From positions 10,984 to 74,983 of the forward strand of contig JAEUKH010000018.1 in the NCBI GenBank assembly GCA_016792845.1: 64,000 bases of DNA, given 5' to 3'. The DNA is from Myxococcales bacterium (GTDB lineage Bacteria; Myxococcota_A; Polyangia; Polyangiales; Ga0077539). The translations under genes were made by a program, and so were the position numbers. Positions 43,662 to 52,412 of the stretch are shown here, in pieces (the stretch's first letter is position 1; every line of letters starts with the position of its first letter). The notes under the pieces are model-generated. The model made no database searches, was not told the DNA's origin, and was given only the letters and a program-made list of their open reading frames with translations.

Positions 43662-45271
43662 CCATTTTCGAGCGCAGCCCGAAACACATCGGCCACCTCG
43701 GGGGCGTCGACGTGCCGCAGGCGCGCCCGACCGGGGGCCTCGGCGAGCACAAATCGCAGCCCCTGCGAGTCGCGCTTTTTATCGTGAAACAAAGCCTTCC
43801 ACGCGAGGTCATAGTCGACCCCCGGCGAGGCCCCGAGCCGCATCGCGCGGAGGGTGCCCACCACCCTCTGACGGAGCTCCGCCGGGGTGATGCCCAGCCG
43901 TACCCCGAGGTCAAGGGCCGCGCGCATCCCAAAACCGACGGCCTCACCATGTCGCAGCGCATACCCCGAAGCCTGCTCGACCGCGTGCCCGAGGGTGTGC
44001 CCGAAATTCAGCACCGCGCGGAGGCCCGCCTCGCGCTCATCGGCCGCCACCACGGCGATCTTGGCCGCGATGGCGCCGCGGATCACCTCGACCCGAAGCG
44101 CCCGCGCCTCGGCCCACCCCGCTGCCCGCGGCGCGACGGCGAGGGCCGCAGCGTGAGCCTCACAGAAATCGAGGAGCCCCGGGTCGACCACCACGCCGAC
44201 CTTCAGCACCTCGGCGAGCCCCGCGCGGTACTCACCCGCCGACAGGGTGTCGAGGGTGTCGACATCAACGCAGACCGCGCGCGGGTGATGAAAGGCGCCG
44301 ATGAGGTTCTTGCCCTCGGCGAGATCGACCGCGGTCTTGCCGCCCACCGCGGCGTCGGCCATCGCGAGCAGCGTGGTGGGCACCGAGACGTAGTCGATCC
44401 CGCGGAGGTAGAGCGCTGCGGCGAGGCCCACCATGTCGCTCACGACGCCTCCGCCGAGGGCTGCCACGAGGCCCTGACGGTCGACCCCGAGGCGCAAGAG
44501 CGTCGACCACACGGGCCCGAGCGCCGCGAGCTGCTTGTGGGCCTCGCCGGCTTCGAGCCGCAACGACTCGGCGCCCCAAGCGCGACAGAGCGCGTCGAGG
44601 GCTCGGGCCTGCGCGACGGCCACCGTGGTGTCGGTGACCACCAACCCGACGCGACGCGAAGGGCCGCCGCCGCGCGCCAGGTGTGATGCGAAGCTCGCAG
44701 CGGGGCCGAAGGAGATCGGGTAGCTGCGTCGCCCCAAGGGCACCACGAGGCTGTCACCGAGGGCGTCGTTGAGACCCGCGAGGGCGGCCGCCGCCGAGGC
44801 CACCGAGCCGCTGTTCTCGACGGTGGCGTCGACCTCGGCGTATCCCTCTTCGCGCGCGCTCAGAAGGGCCGCCAGCTGCCGCGCGGGGTCGTCGCTGACG
44901 AGGGGCCGGTGGCCCTCACGCGCGGCCCGCGAGACGAGCGTCGGCAGCGGCGCAGAGAGGCCGAACACCCGCGCACGGGTGAGCACGGTGTGACGCCAGG
45001 CCGTGTCGGTGAGGGCGCCTCCGCCGACCGCGATCACGCGCTCGGTGCCCGAGAGCAGGCTGTCGAGCATCGCCCGCTCTGCGGCGCGAAACGAGGCCTC
45101 GCCCGACTCTGCGAACCAGGTCGAGATCGCGCGACCGTGGGCGGCTTCGAGGGCGCGGTCGAGGTCGATGAACTGCCACCCGAGAGACGCCGCGAGGGCA
45201 GCCCCCACGGTGCTCTTGCCGACCGCCGGCGGGCCCCCAAGCACGATGCGGCGCGCGCGTGCGACGCTCAC
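43658..45271 (-). CDS. aroKB: bifunctional shikimate kinase / 3-dehydroquinate synthase (AroK-AroB fusion)
   Basis: Start GTG 45271-45269 overlaps the aroC TGA (GTGA). N-terminus RRIVLGGPPAVGKSTVGAALA is the shikimate kinase P-loop. Downstream are DHQ synthase motifs (GGGVVSDMVGLAAALYLRGIDYVSVPTTLLAMAD, NFGHTLGHAVE). The six-frame extension to 45733 is rejected. Confidence 0.75.
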   Translation of the reverse strand: MSVARARRIVLGGPPAVGKSTVGAALAASLGWQFIDLDRALEAAHGRAISTWFAESGEASFRAAERAMLDSLLSGTERVIAVGGGALTDTAWRHTVLTRARVFGLSAPLPTLVSRAAREGHRPLVSDDPARQLAALLSAREEGYAEVDATVENSGSVASAAAALAGLNDALGDSLVVPLGRRSYPISFGPAASFASHLARGGGPSRRVGLVVTDTTVAVAQARALDALCRAWGAESLRLEAGEAHKQLAALGPVWSTLLRLGVDRQGLVAALGGGVVSDMVGLAAALYLRGIDYVSVPTTLLAMADAAVGGKTAVDLAEGKNLIGAFHHPRAVCVDVDTLDTLSAGEYRAGLAEVLKVGVVVDPGLLDFCEAHAAALAVAPRAAGWAEARALRVEVIRGAIAAKIAVVAADEREAGLRAVLNFGHTLGHAVEQASGYALRHGEAVGFGMRAALDLGVRLGITPAELRQRVVGTLRAMRLGASPGVDYDLAWKALFHDKKRDSQGLRFVLAEAPGRARLRHVDAPEVADVFRAALENG

Positions 45272-46446
45272 GGGTGAGCCCCCATCTGTTGCCGCACGGC
45301 CTCGACGTTGCGGAGCAGCTCGCGCATGCTGTCGCCCCCGCACTTTTCGAGCAGGGCGTCGGCGAGCACGAGGCACACCATGGCCTCGACCACGACCCCC
45401 GCCGCGGGCACGGCGCAGAGGTCGCTGCGCTCGGTGTTGGCGTCGACGGGTCGGTGGGTCAAGAGATCGACCGAGGGCAGCGGGCGCCGCAAGGTCGAGA
45501 TCGGCTTCATGGCCGCCCGAAGCGTCAGCGCCTCGCCGTTGGTGACGCCGCCTTCGAGCCCCCCTGCGACGTTCTGGGTGCGGAGGTAGCGCCCGTGCTG
45601 GCGGGTGATCGGGTCGTGCACGGCGCTGCCCCGGCGACCCGCCGCGGCCCATCCGTCTCCCAGTTCGACGGCCTTGATGGCGTGCACGCTCATCACCGCG
45701 CCGGCGAGACGGGCGTCGAGTTTGCGATCCCATTGGGTGTAGCTCCCGAGGCCCACCGGGAGCCCCAAGGCCACCACTTCGACCACGCCGCCGAGGGTGT
45801 CGCCTTCATGCGAGACGCTGTGAATGGCCTCGCGCATGGCCTCCTCGGCCTCGGCCGAGAGCACCCTCAGGCTCGACGCTTCGAGCGCGTCGCGGCCTGG
45901 CCCGGGCAGGCACCATTGCCTCGGGTCGACCTCGGTGGGGTCTTCGACGCCGCCGATGGCGCAGACCCTCGACGCGACCCGAACCTCGACCGCCGCGAGG
46001 AGCGCGCGGGCCACCGCCCCGGCAGCCACCCGCGCCGCGGTCTCGCGTGCGCTCGCGCGTTCGAGCACGTCACGCACATCGCGACGGTCGAACTTCAGGG
46101 CCCCTGCGAGGTCGGCGTGCCCAGGCCTCGGGGTGCTGAGCGGGGCCGGCGCGGTCTCAAAGACCTCGGCCCCCATGCGGCCCTGCCAGTTGGCGAAATC
46201 GCGGTTCTCGATGCGCAGCCCGATGGGGGCCCCGAGGGTCTCGCCGCCGCGCACGCCGCCCTCGATGAGCGCCCGATCGCGCTCGATTTTCATGCGGCCG
46301 CCGCGGCCGTACCCGAGCTGCCGTCGCGCGAGGTCGTGGTTGATGGCCTCGGCCCCAAGAGAGAGCCCCGCGGGCACCCCGTCAACGATGACAGAGAGCG
46401 CGGGGCCGTGTGATTCGCCTGAGGTCAACCAGCGGAGGTGAGGCAT
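45268..46446 (-). CDS. aroC: chorismate synthase
   Basis: MPHLRWLTSGESHGPALSVIVDGVPAGL N-terminus. Conserved ...RSSARETAARV..., ...GGISNG-like GGVTNGEAL. Confidence 0.85.
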   Translation of the reverse strand: MPHLRWLTSGESHGPALSVIVDGVPAGLSLGAEAINHDLARRQLGYGRGGRMKIERDRALIEGGVRGGETLGAPIGLRIENRDFANWQGRMGAEVFETAPAPLSTPRPGHADLAGALKFDRRDVRDVLERASARETAARVAAGAVARALLAAVEVRVASRVCAIGGVEDPTEVDPRQWCLPGPGRDALEASSLRVLSAEAEEAMREAIHSVSHEGDTLGGVVEVVALGLPVGLGSYTQWDRKLDARLAGAVMSVHAIKAVELGDGWAAAGRRGSAVHDPITRQHGRYLRTQNVAGGLEGGVTNGEALTLRAAMKPISTLRRPLPSVDLLTHRPVDANTERSDLCAVPAAGVVVEAMVCLVLADALLEKCGGDSMRELLRNVEAVRQQMGAHP

Positions 46447-46492
46447 CTTCGGGGGCCTCGTTTTGCCCCCGAAGCGGTCTCACGCGCAACGG

Positions 46493-48094
46493 TCAGCGGC
46501 CGATTGACTCGGCGCGGTTGACGATGCGCGGGGTGAGGAAGATGAGCAGCTCAGCGCGGGTGTCGTTCTGTCGGTTGCGGCGAAAGAGCGCCCCGAGGAT
46601 CGGGATCTCGCTGAGCACCGGCACGCCCGTCACGTTACGACCCGTGGTGCGGCTGTAGATGCCGCCGATCACCGCGGTGCGGCCGTCTTGCACGAGGAGG
46701 TCGGTCTCGGCCTGGCGGCGCAAGATCGTGGGGTCGCCGCGGGCGCCGGTGTTGTTGAAGTCAGGCTCGTCGCGGTTGATCTGGACGTGCATCGAGATCG
46801 AACCGTCGGCGGTGACGTGGGGCCGCACCCGCAGCGCGAGCCGCGCCTCCTGAAAGGCCGTCTGGACGCCCGCGGCGCTCACCTGCGAGTACGGGATGAG
46901 CGTACCCTGCGAGATGGTGGCCTCGCGGTTGTCGAGGGTGAGCACCCGCGGCGAGCTCACGATGCGCAAGATGCCTGAGTTTTCAGCGGCCGAGAGGCGG
47001 GCGTTGAGGTTCAGGTTCTGAGAGAGCGAGCCGAGGCTCAACCCGAGCGCACCGCCCGCGCCGGTGCCCACCGAGGCCGGGAGGTTGATGGCGAAGTTCG
47101 GGTTCGCCACGGTGCGTGAGATGGGCGACAGACCCGCCGTCGGGGCGTTGGCATCGGCCGCGCCGCCGACGAGACCGATCGAGGCCGGGAAGGTGAGCCC
47201 GGTCTGATTGCCAAAGGCCGGCGAGAAGGCCACGTCACCGCCCCACTGGATGCCCACGTCGCGGGTAAACGTGCTCGTGGCCTCGACGATCCGCGCCTCG
47301 ACCAACACCTGCGGCGTCTGCGTGTCGAGCGAGCGGACGAGCTGCTCGATCTGGTTCAGGTTGGCCACCACGTCGCGCACGATCAGCACGTTGGTGCGGT
47401 CGTCGACCGAGAGGTTGCCGCGCCCCGAGAGGAGCTCCCGCGCCCGCGGCGCGATCTCAGAGCCCGTCGCGTAGCTCACGGGGATGAGCCGCGTCTCAAG
47501 GGGCTCAAGCGTCACGAGCTGCTTCTGCCGCTCGATCTGGAGCTCGCGCTCTTTATCGAGCACCGACTGCGGCGCGATGCGAATGATGTTGCCGTCGCGC
47601 TGCATCCCGAGCGAGCGCGCCGCGAGGATCACCTCAAGCGCACGATCCCACGGCACGTTGTGCATGCGGATGGTGACGTTGCCCGCTACGTCGTCAGAGG
47701 TGACAATGTTGACATTGCCCACTTCGGCGAGGAGCCGCAGCACGTTGTGAATGTCGGCGTCTCGGAGGTCGATGTCGATGCGACGCCCGGTACCCAGGGT
47801 CTGACCCCGCGCGCCGGTGATCTGCATCGGCACGGTTGAGAGAAAGCCCGCCTCGGCGCTGTCATCGTGGGCGGTGACCCCTGCGAGCGGGGCCTCGCGG
47901 GCGATGACCCGAGAGGGCGGCCGGGTGGGCGCCTCGGTGGGGGGCGTCAGGGGTTGTGCGTTGGCGGGCCTCGCCGTGCCCAACACCGCGGCAAGCACCA
48001 GCAGCGGCGCGAGCACGCACCACGGCCCGAACGGCCGCCCCGGCGCGTGTCGAAGGCCTGCTTGAATAGGGTGACCGTACATCCAAAACCTCAC
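46493..48094 (-). CDS. pilQ: type IV pilus secretin PilQ
   Basis: Signal peptide. AMIN/N0-like N-terminal region. Secretin core (…NLNARLSAAENSGILRIVSSPRVLTLDNREATI…VPVLSEIPILGALFRRNRQNDTRAELLIFLTPRIV). Confidence 0.8.
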   Translation of the reverse strand: MRFWMYGHPIQAGLRHAPGRPFGPWCVLAPLLVLAAVLGTARPANAQPLTPPTEAPTRPPSRVIAREAPLAGVTAHDDSAEAGFLSTVPMQITGARGQTLGTGRRIDIDLRDADIHNVLRLLAEVGNVNIVTSDDVAGNVTIRMHNVPWDRALEVILAARSLGMQRDGNIIRIAPQSVLDKERELQIERQKQLVTLEPLETRLIPVSYATGSEIAPRARELLSGRGNLSVDDRTNVLIVRDVVANLNQIEQLVRSLDTQTPQVLVEARIVEATSTFTRDVGIQWGGDVAFSPAFGNQTGLTFPASIGLVGGAADANAPTAGLSPISRTVANPNFAINLPASVGTGAGGALGLSLGSLSQNLNLNARLSAAENSGILRIVSSPRVLTLDNREATISQGTLIPYSQVSAAGVQTAFQEARLALRVRPHVTADGSISMHVQINRDEPDFNNTGARGDPTILRRQAETDLLVQDGRTAVIGGIYSRTTGRNVTGVPVLSEIPILGALFRRNRQNDTRAELLIFLTPRIVNRAESIGR

Positions 48095-48270
48095 AGAAGG
48101 GTGACGTCTCAGGGGAGGCTATGACGGCCTCACGAAGGACCCCACATTTTGAGCAACTCTTGTCTCAGCCCGACAGAACCCTTCGTCTGCCCGCTCCGAC
48201 GATGCCGCGATCAAGCAAACATCGTCGTGTTTCTACCGCTCCGCACGGCCCCCTACGGGTGGCTTCGCGC

Positions 48271-49260
48271 TCAGCGAAGCGGCGACTCGCCCCCGGTGAT
48301 CACCACCGGCGGCGGCGTCGTGGGCACGGCCATCGGCTGAACCGCTTGTTGAGCCGGAGGCGCTTGCACGATCACCGTCGTCTGCTGTGGCGGCGGCGGC
48401 GCGCCCACAGCGCCCCGCACCCCCGCCGGCGTGGGCGGTACGATGCGCCCCCCACCCGGCGCTGCGCCGGGCACGCCAGGGCCCCCTGGAGGCCCTGACG
48501 GGCCACCTCCGCCGAGGTTCGACGGCAGGTACGCCGGGCCCCCGCCTCCGAGACCGGGCGGCAGGGCGCCCACGGCGCTCGGGTCGACGGCGCCGGTGCT
48601 CGTGACAGCGCTCGCCTGGTCGTTGCCCGCGAGGGGCAGCGAGCGCTCGACAACCTGGGCGGTGGGGTTGAGCGGGTCGGGCCGCTCGAGCACGAGCTCT
48701 GCGGGCACCTCGAACATCTGCCCGTCGGGGCCGCGACGGAGCCGCGACGGGAGCACCCGCGCGACACGCCAATGCACGGCGTAGTCGTTACGGTTCTCGG
48801 TGTTCGAGTGGATCATCTCGGGCCGACCGACGAGCACCCCGCGGCGCAGGATGGTGCCGCGCCGGGTCGGGTCGACCACCATCGCGTAGGGGCTGTCGGT
48901 GCCGAGCACCACGGCCACGAGGCGGAGGTCGTCGAGCGAGTAGTTCGACAAGGCCACCGAGCGGGTGTCTTGATTCACCACGGTGCCGTCGGTGCGAAAC
49001 ACTTCGGCGTACGACCTGAAGGGGTCGCGCACCTGGCCGCTCTCGACGAACGAGTTGTCGGTGACCGTGAGCGCCGGCAGCGAGGCGTCGGCCTCGGTCG
49101 CGGCATCGCCGCGGTTGCGGTTTCGGTTACGGGGCCCGCCGGTGGGGGTCGCCGTCGGAGGCGCGGGGGCCGCCGCGGGGGGCGCTTCGTCGTCGCCGCA
49201 ACCGGCCAAGGCGACGGTCGAGGCGAGCACGATCGCGCCAAACGAGGTGTTGCGTTTCAT
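48271..49260 (-). CDS. pilP: type IV pilus assembly lipoprotein PilP (with Pro/Gly-rich C-terminal extension)
   Basis: Lipobox LAGCGDD. Conserved PilP core (RDPFRSY...LDDLRLVAVVLG...YAMV). Position between pilO and pilQ. Confidence 0.6.
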   Translation of the reverse strand: MKRNTSFGAIVLASTVALAGCGDDEAPPAAAPAPPTATPTGGPRNRNRNRGDAATEADASLPALTVTDNSFVESGQVRDPFRSYAEVFRTDGTVVNQDTRSVALSNYSLDDLRLVAVVLGTDSPYAMVVDPTRRGTILRRGVLVGRPEMIHSNTENRNDYAVHWRVARVLPSRLRRGPDGQMFEVPAELVLERPDPLNPTAQVVERSLPLAGNDQASAVTSTGAVDPSAVGALPPGLGGGGPAYLPSNLGGGGPSGPPGGPGVPGAAPGGGRIVPPTPAGVRGAVGAPPPPQQTTVIVQAPPAQQAVQPMAVPTTPPPVVITGGESPLR

Positions 49261-49928
49261 GGGCGGGCTCCGTCGGTCACGCCGCGACCGGTTTGATTGC
49301 GGGGCGCCGCGGCGCCGTTACGCGGCCCACCCTCGACGCTGCGGAAGGTCGTCGCCTGCACGTCGGCTTCGAGGTGCCACTCGTTGGTCGCCGGGTCGAG
49401 GGTCGGCTGCCGGAGACGAATGTTCTCCATATTGATCACACGCGGCAGCTGCGACACCGAGTGAAAGAAGCGCGCGAGCTGCAAGAAGCCGCCGCGGATC
49501 TTCAGCTCGACCGGGATGCGCGCATAGTACTGCTCGACGCGCTCTTCGACGGGTCGAATCAGGCTCAGCTGGAGGCCGCTGGCCTCGGCGAGCGCGTTCA
49601 CGTTTCGGATGAACCCGGGGATGTCTGGGTCGCTCGGCAACACCTGCCGCAGCGACTCTTCGCGCTGCCGGGCGCGGGCCAGCTCGGCCTGGTCGCTGTT
49701 GTACCGCCGGAGGTCTTCTTCGACCTGGCGGCGCTGCGTCTGGAGGGTGCCGCGACGGGTCTCCTCCATCTGCCGGTTCTCATCGAGCGGCGTGTAGAAC
49801 ATGGTGTAGTACAGCGCGCCGACCGCGAGCACCGCCACGACCCAGGCGCCGACCACGAGCGCGTTCGGGTTGATCGAGCCCAGGGCCCGCGGCTGCGAGA
49901 GCTGGGTATTCTTCTTCGCGGTGGCCAT
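49257..49928 (-). CDS. pilO: type IV pilus assembly protein PilO
   Basis: Single TM segment, coiled coil, and the PilO C-terminal domain (…IPVELKIRGGFLQLARFFHSVSQLPRVINMENIRL…). Order pilM-N-O-P-Q. Confidence 0.65.
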   Translation of the reverse strand: MATAKKNTQLSQPRALGSINPNALVVGAWVVAVLAVGALYYTMFYTPLDENRQMEETRRGTLQTQRRQVEEDLRRYNSDQAELARARQREESLRQVLPSDPDIPGFIRNVNALAEASGLQLSLIRPVEERVEQYYARIPVELKIRGGFLQLARFFHSVSQLPRVINMENIRLRQPTLDPATNEWHLEADVQATTFRSVEGGPRNGAAAPRNQTGRGVTDGARP

Positions 49929-50594
49929 TCAGTACCTCACCCGCGCAACAATGGTGAACTTCTGCACCGTTACACCGCCGCCCCGAGGGCCCGACGCGGT
50001 CGCGGCCTGGGTGCTGTCGAGCCGCACATCGCGGAAGTAAACCGAGAGCTGCAAGCGCCGCATGAACTCGCCCACGTCGTCGGGCGTGCGACCCTCGCCG
50101 CTGATCCGCACCGAGCGATTCTCTTCGATCAGCTCGGTGATCCAGAGGCGTTGAAAATCCCAGGTGGGGCTCCACATCCGGTCGCGCTGGTTGGTGCTCC
50201 GGAGCCGCTCGACCACGGTCGGGTCAGCGGTCGGCACGCCGCCGCGCGAGAGCATCCGCGAGACCTCGACGAACATCGCCGTCGGGCCCGTGCGGGCGTT
50301 CTGAAGCTCGCGAATGGCGTCTTCGCGGCGCTGCGCTTCGGCCAGCTCGTCGAGGATGCGCTGGTGGTCGCCGACCCGCGAACGGATCGACTCGATCTCG
50401 CTCTGGACGCGGGTGTTCTGCTCGACAAGACTCTGGAGCTCTTTGTCTTGCGAGGCGTGGAAGAGGAAGAGCCCCCCGAGCAGGAGCACCACCGATGCCA
50501 CGGCGCCCACCAGCAGAAACGTCGACACCGTGTTGGTGCTCGGCGTCGAGGCCCTGCGGGCTTTGTCCTCGGTAAGTAGGTTGATCTTCAGCAT
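49929..50594 (-). CDS. pilN: type IV pilus assembly protein PilN
   Basis: MLKINLL N-terminus (PilN hallmark), one TM segment and a coiled coil. Confidence 0.7.
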   Translation of the reverse strand: MLKINLLTEDKARRASTPSTNTVSTFLLVGAVASVVLLLGGLFLFHASQDKELQSLVEQNTRVQSEIESIRSRVGDHQRILDELAEAQRREDAIRELQNARTGPTAMFVEVSRMLSRGGVPTADPTVVERLRSTNQRDRMWSPTWDFQRLWITELIEENRSVRISGEGRTPDDVGEFMRRLQLSVYFRDVRLDSTQAATASGPRGGGVTVQKFTIVARVRY

Positions 50595-50601
50595 CGTGGG
50601 C

Positions 50602-51669
50602 TCACACCTTCTCGCGGTCTTTCCGCAGGGCGAGGCCGATGGCCACGCACACCTGGGCGCGGTGGAGGTTCAACTGTTCGGTGTTGACCTCTTTGGGGTC
50701 TACCGCAATGTCTCGAAACGGATCGAGCGGCTCGACCGGCGCCTTCGCGCGCCGCTCAAGGGCCACTGCCATCTCCGGAATGTTCGCCGTGCCGCCCGAG
50801 AGATAGATGCGCCCGATCTCGCGCTCGCCGCTGGTGGCGAGGTAGAAATCGAGCGAGCGCAGGATCTCGGCCGAGAGCTGCTCGACCGCCTGACGGATGA
50901 TCTGCGGCACCTCGGCGGGCACCACCGCGCGGGCGTCGAGCTGGCCGCCGGCGGCGTGGGTCTTGTAGACCTCGGCCTCCTCCCAGCTGATGCCGAGCCG
51001 CTTCTGGATCTCTTCGGTGATGGCGTTGCCGCCGTTCACGATGCTGCGGGTGAAGGCCGGGATGCCCCCGGACAAGATGTTCACCGTGGTGAGACCCGCG
51101 CCGATGTTGATGAGCGCGACGTTGCCCTCGCGGGGCAGCCCGTAGTTGACCTCGAAGGCGTTCTGCACCGTGAAGGCGTCGACGTCGACCACGGCGGGCT
51201 TGAGCTTGGCTTCCCGCGCCACCTGCGCCGCGTCGTTGATCTCTTCCTTCTTGGCCGCGACGAGGAGGACGTCCATCTGCCCCTGTTCGGGTCGACGGCG
51301 CAGCACCTCGTAGTCGATCTGCACGTCTTTGATGTCGTAGGGGATCTGCTGCTCGGCCTCCCACGGGATCTGCTCGGCCAGCTCGGCCTGCGTCATCATC
51401 GGCAGCGCGAGTCGGCGGATGATCACCGCGTGGCCGCTCACCGCGAGCGAGCACTCCTTGCGCTTCAGCTTGAGCTGACTCCACAGACTGTTGAGGCCCT
51501 GGATGATCGCCGACGCGTTCATCACGTGACCGTCGACGACGGTCTGCGAGGGCAACGGATAATAGCCGAATTTCACCAACGTCCGTTTGCCGCGGACGTC
51601 TTTCAGCTGACAGAGCTTGATAGAGCTCGACCCAATGTCGACGCCCACGAGGTAATTGCCCTCGGCCAT
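50602..51669 (-). CDS. pilM: type IV pilus assembly ATPase-like actin-fold protein PilM
   Basis: N-terminus YLVGVDIGSSSIKLCQL... of the actin/FtsA-like fold. Length 355 aa. Confidence 0.85.
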   Translation of the reverse strand: MAEGNYLVGVDIGSSSIKLCQLKDVRGKRTLVKFGYYPLPSQTVVDGHVMNASAIIQGLNSLWSQLKLKRKECSLAVSGHAVIIRRLALPMMTQAELAEQIPWEAEQQIPYDIKDVQIDYEVLRRRPEQGQMDVLLVAAKKEEINDAAQVAREAKLKPAVVDVDAFTVQNAFEVNYGLPREGNVALINIGAGLTTVNILSGGIPAFTRSIVNGGNAITEEIQKRLGISWEEAEVYKTHAAGGQLDARAVVPAEVPQIIRQAVEQLSAEILRSLDFYLATSGEREIGRIYLSGGTANIPEMAVALERRAKAPVEPLDPFRDIAVDPKEVNTEQLNLHRAQVCVAIGLALRKDREKV

Positions 51670-51770
51670 TCGACGCTCCTCGGACTACGCAATACGCGTT
51701 GCCCTCAACCGCATTGAAGCACCTTCAATGTGACCCGGTCAAAACAAGCGTGGAATGTGAGCACCCGAGG

Positions 51771-51819
51771 CGGAGCTCTCTTAGAGCTCTCACGGAGCTC
51801 TCGTCGAATCCGAGAGCTC
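51771..51819. promoter_or_regulatory. cluster of GAGCTC-containing repeats: three direct (G)GAGCTCTC copies at 11-bp spacing plus an inverted copy forming a 9-bp stem hairpin
   Basis: + strand GGAGCTCTC(51771), TTAGAGCTCTC(51781), ACGGAGCTCTC(51791), GTCGAATCC, GAGAGCTCC(51811). Intergenic, 3' of the membrane-protein gene and about 100-150 nt 5' of pilM (both on the - strand). Confidence 0.3.
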
Positions 51820-51840
51820 CAGGTCGAAGCGAGACGAAGC

Positions 51841-52350
51841 TCAGGCCTTCTTGCGGGCCCGGGCGCCGTTCTGGGCGGGCGCTTCTTCTTCATCAACCTT
51901 GATGTCTTCGAGGTTGATTCGCACCTTTGACTGCACCGCGGGCTCGGGGTTCTCACCGCCGTCGTCGACCTCGACCAGCGTCGCGTACACCGTCGCGATG
52001 GTCGGCGCGAGCAAGAGCGGGATCTGTTGCAGCGTGTGCCCCGCGCCCACCCCGGCGAGCGGCACCTCGAACTTCAAGAGCCCCGCCAACGCGTAGAGCC
52101 CCACACCGACCCCGAGGCCGAACACCGCCCGAAGGATGGCCGCAACCCCCGCCCCCTCACGCCACGCCGGACGCCCCGCGAGGAGCCCCGCCAGCGCCCC
52201 GACCACTGCGTAAAAGACGTACGCCAGCGGCCCGATCAGCGTCGTGGCCCCGAGGCCGAAATGGAGCGCCGCCCCGAGTGCACCGCCGACCAGGAGGCCC
52301 TTCACGAGACCAATTACGAGTCGTTTCATGCGAGGCGTAGACGGTGCCAC
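51841..52350 (-). CDS. small integral membrane protein (4 predicted TM helices, acidic/Lys-rich C-tail)
   Basis: Hydrophobic Gly/Ala/Leu-rich ORF. The likely start is the internal MKRLVIGLV (52329). No family assigned. Confidence 0.4.
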   Translation of the reverse strand: MAPSTPRMKRLVIGLVKGLLVGGALGAALHFGLGATTLIGPLAYVFYAVVGALAGLLAGRPAWREGAGVAAILRAVFGLGVGVGLYALAGLLKFEVPLAGVGAGHTLQQIPLLLAPTIATVYATLVEVDDGGENPEPAVQSKVRINLEDIKVDEEEAPAQNGARARKKA

Positions 52351-52412
52351 GGGCGCCCCGAGGCGGCAACCCTTCGATCAGTCGCCGCTCGGGTCGCGCC
52401 GCGCGCCCGCGA

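Noticed and set aside
45272-45733. N-terminal extension of the aroK-aroB ORF
   Set aside because: It overlaps aroC on the same strand in another frame with an Arg/Gly-rich garbage translation. The GTG at 45271 coupled to the aroC stop gives a canonical shikimate kinase N-terminus.
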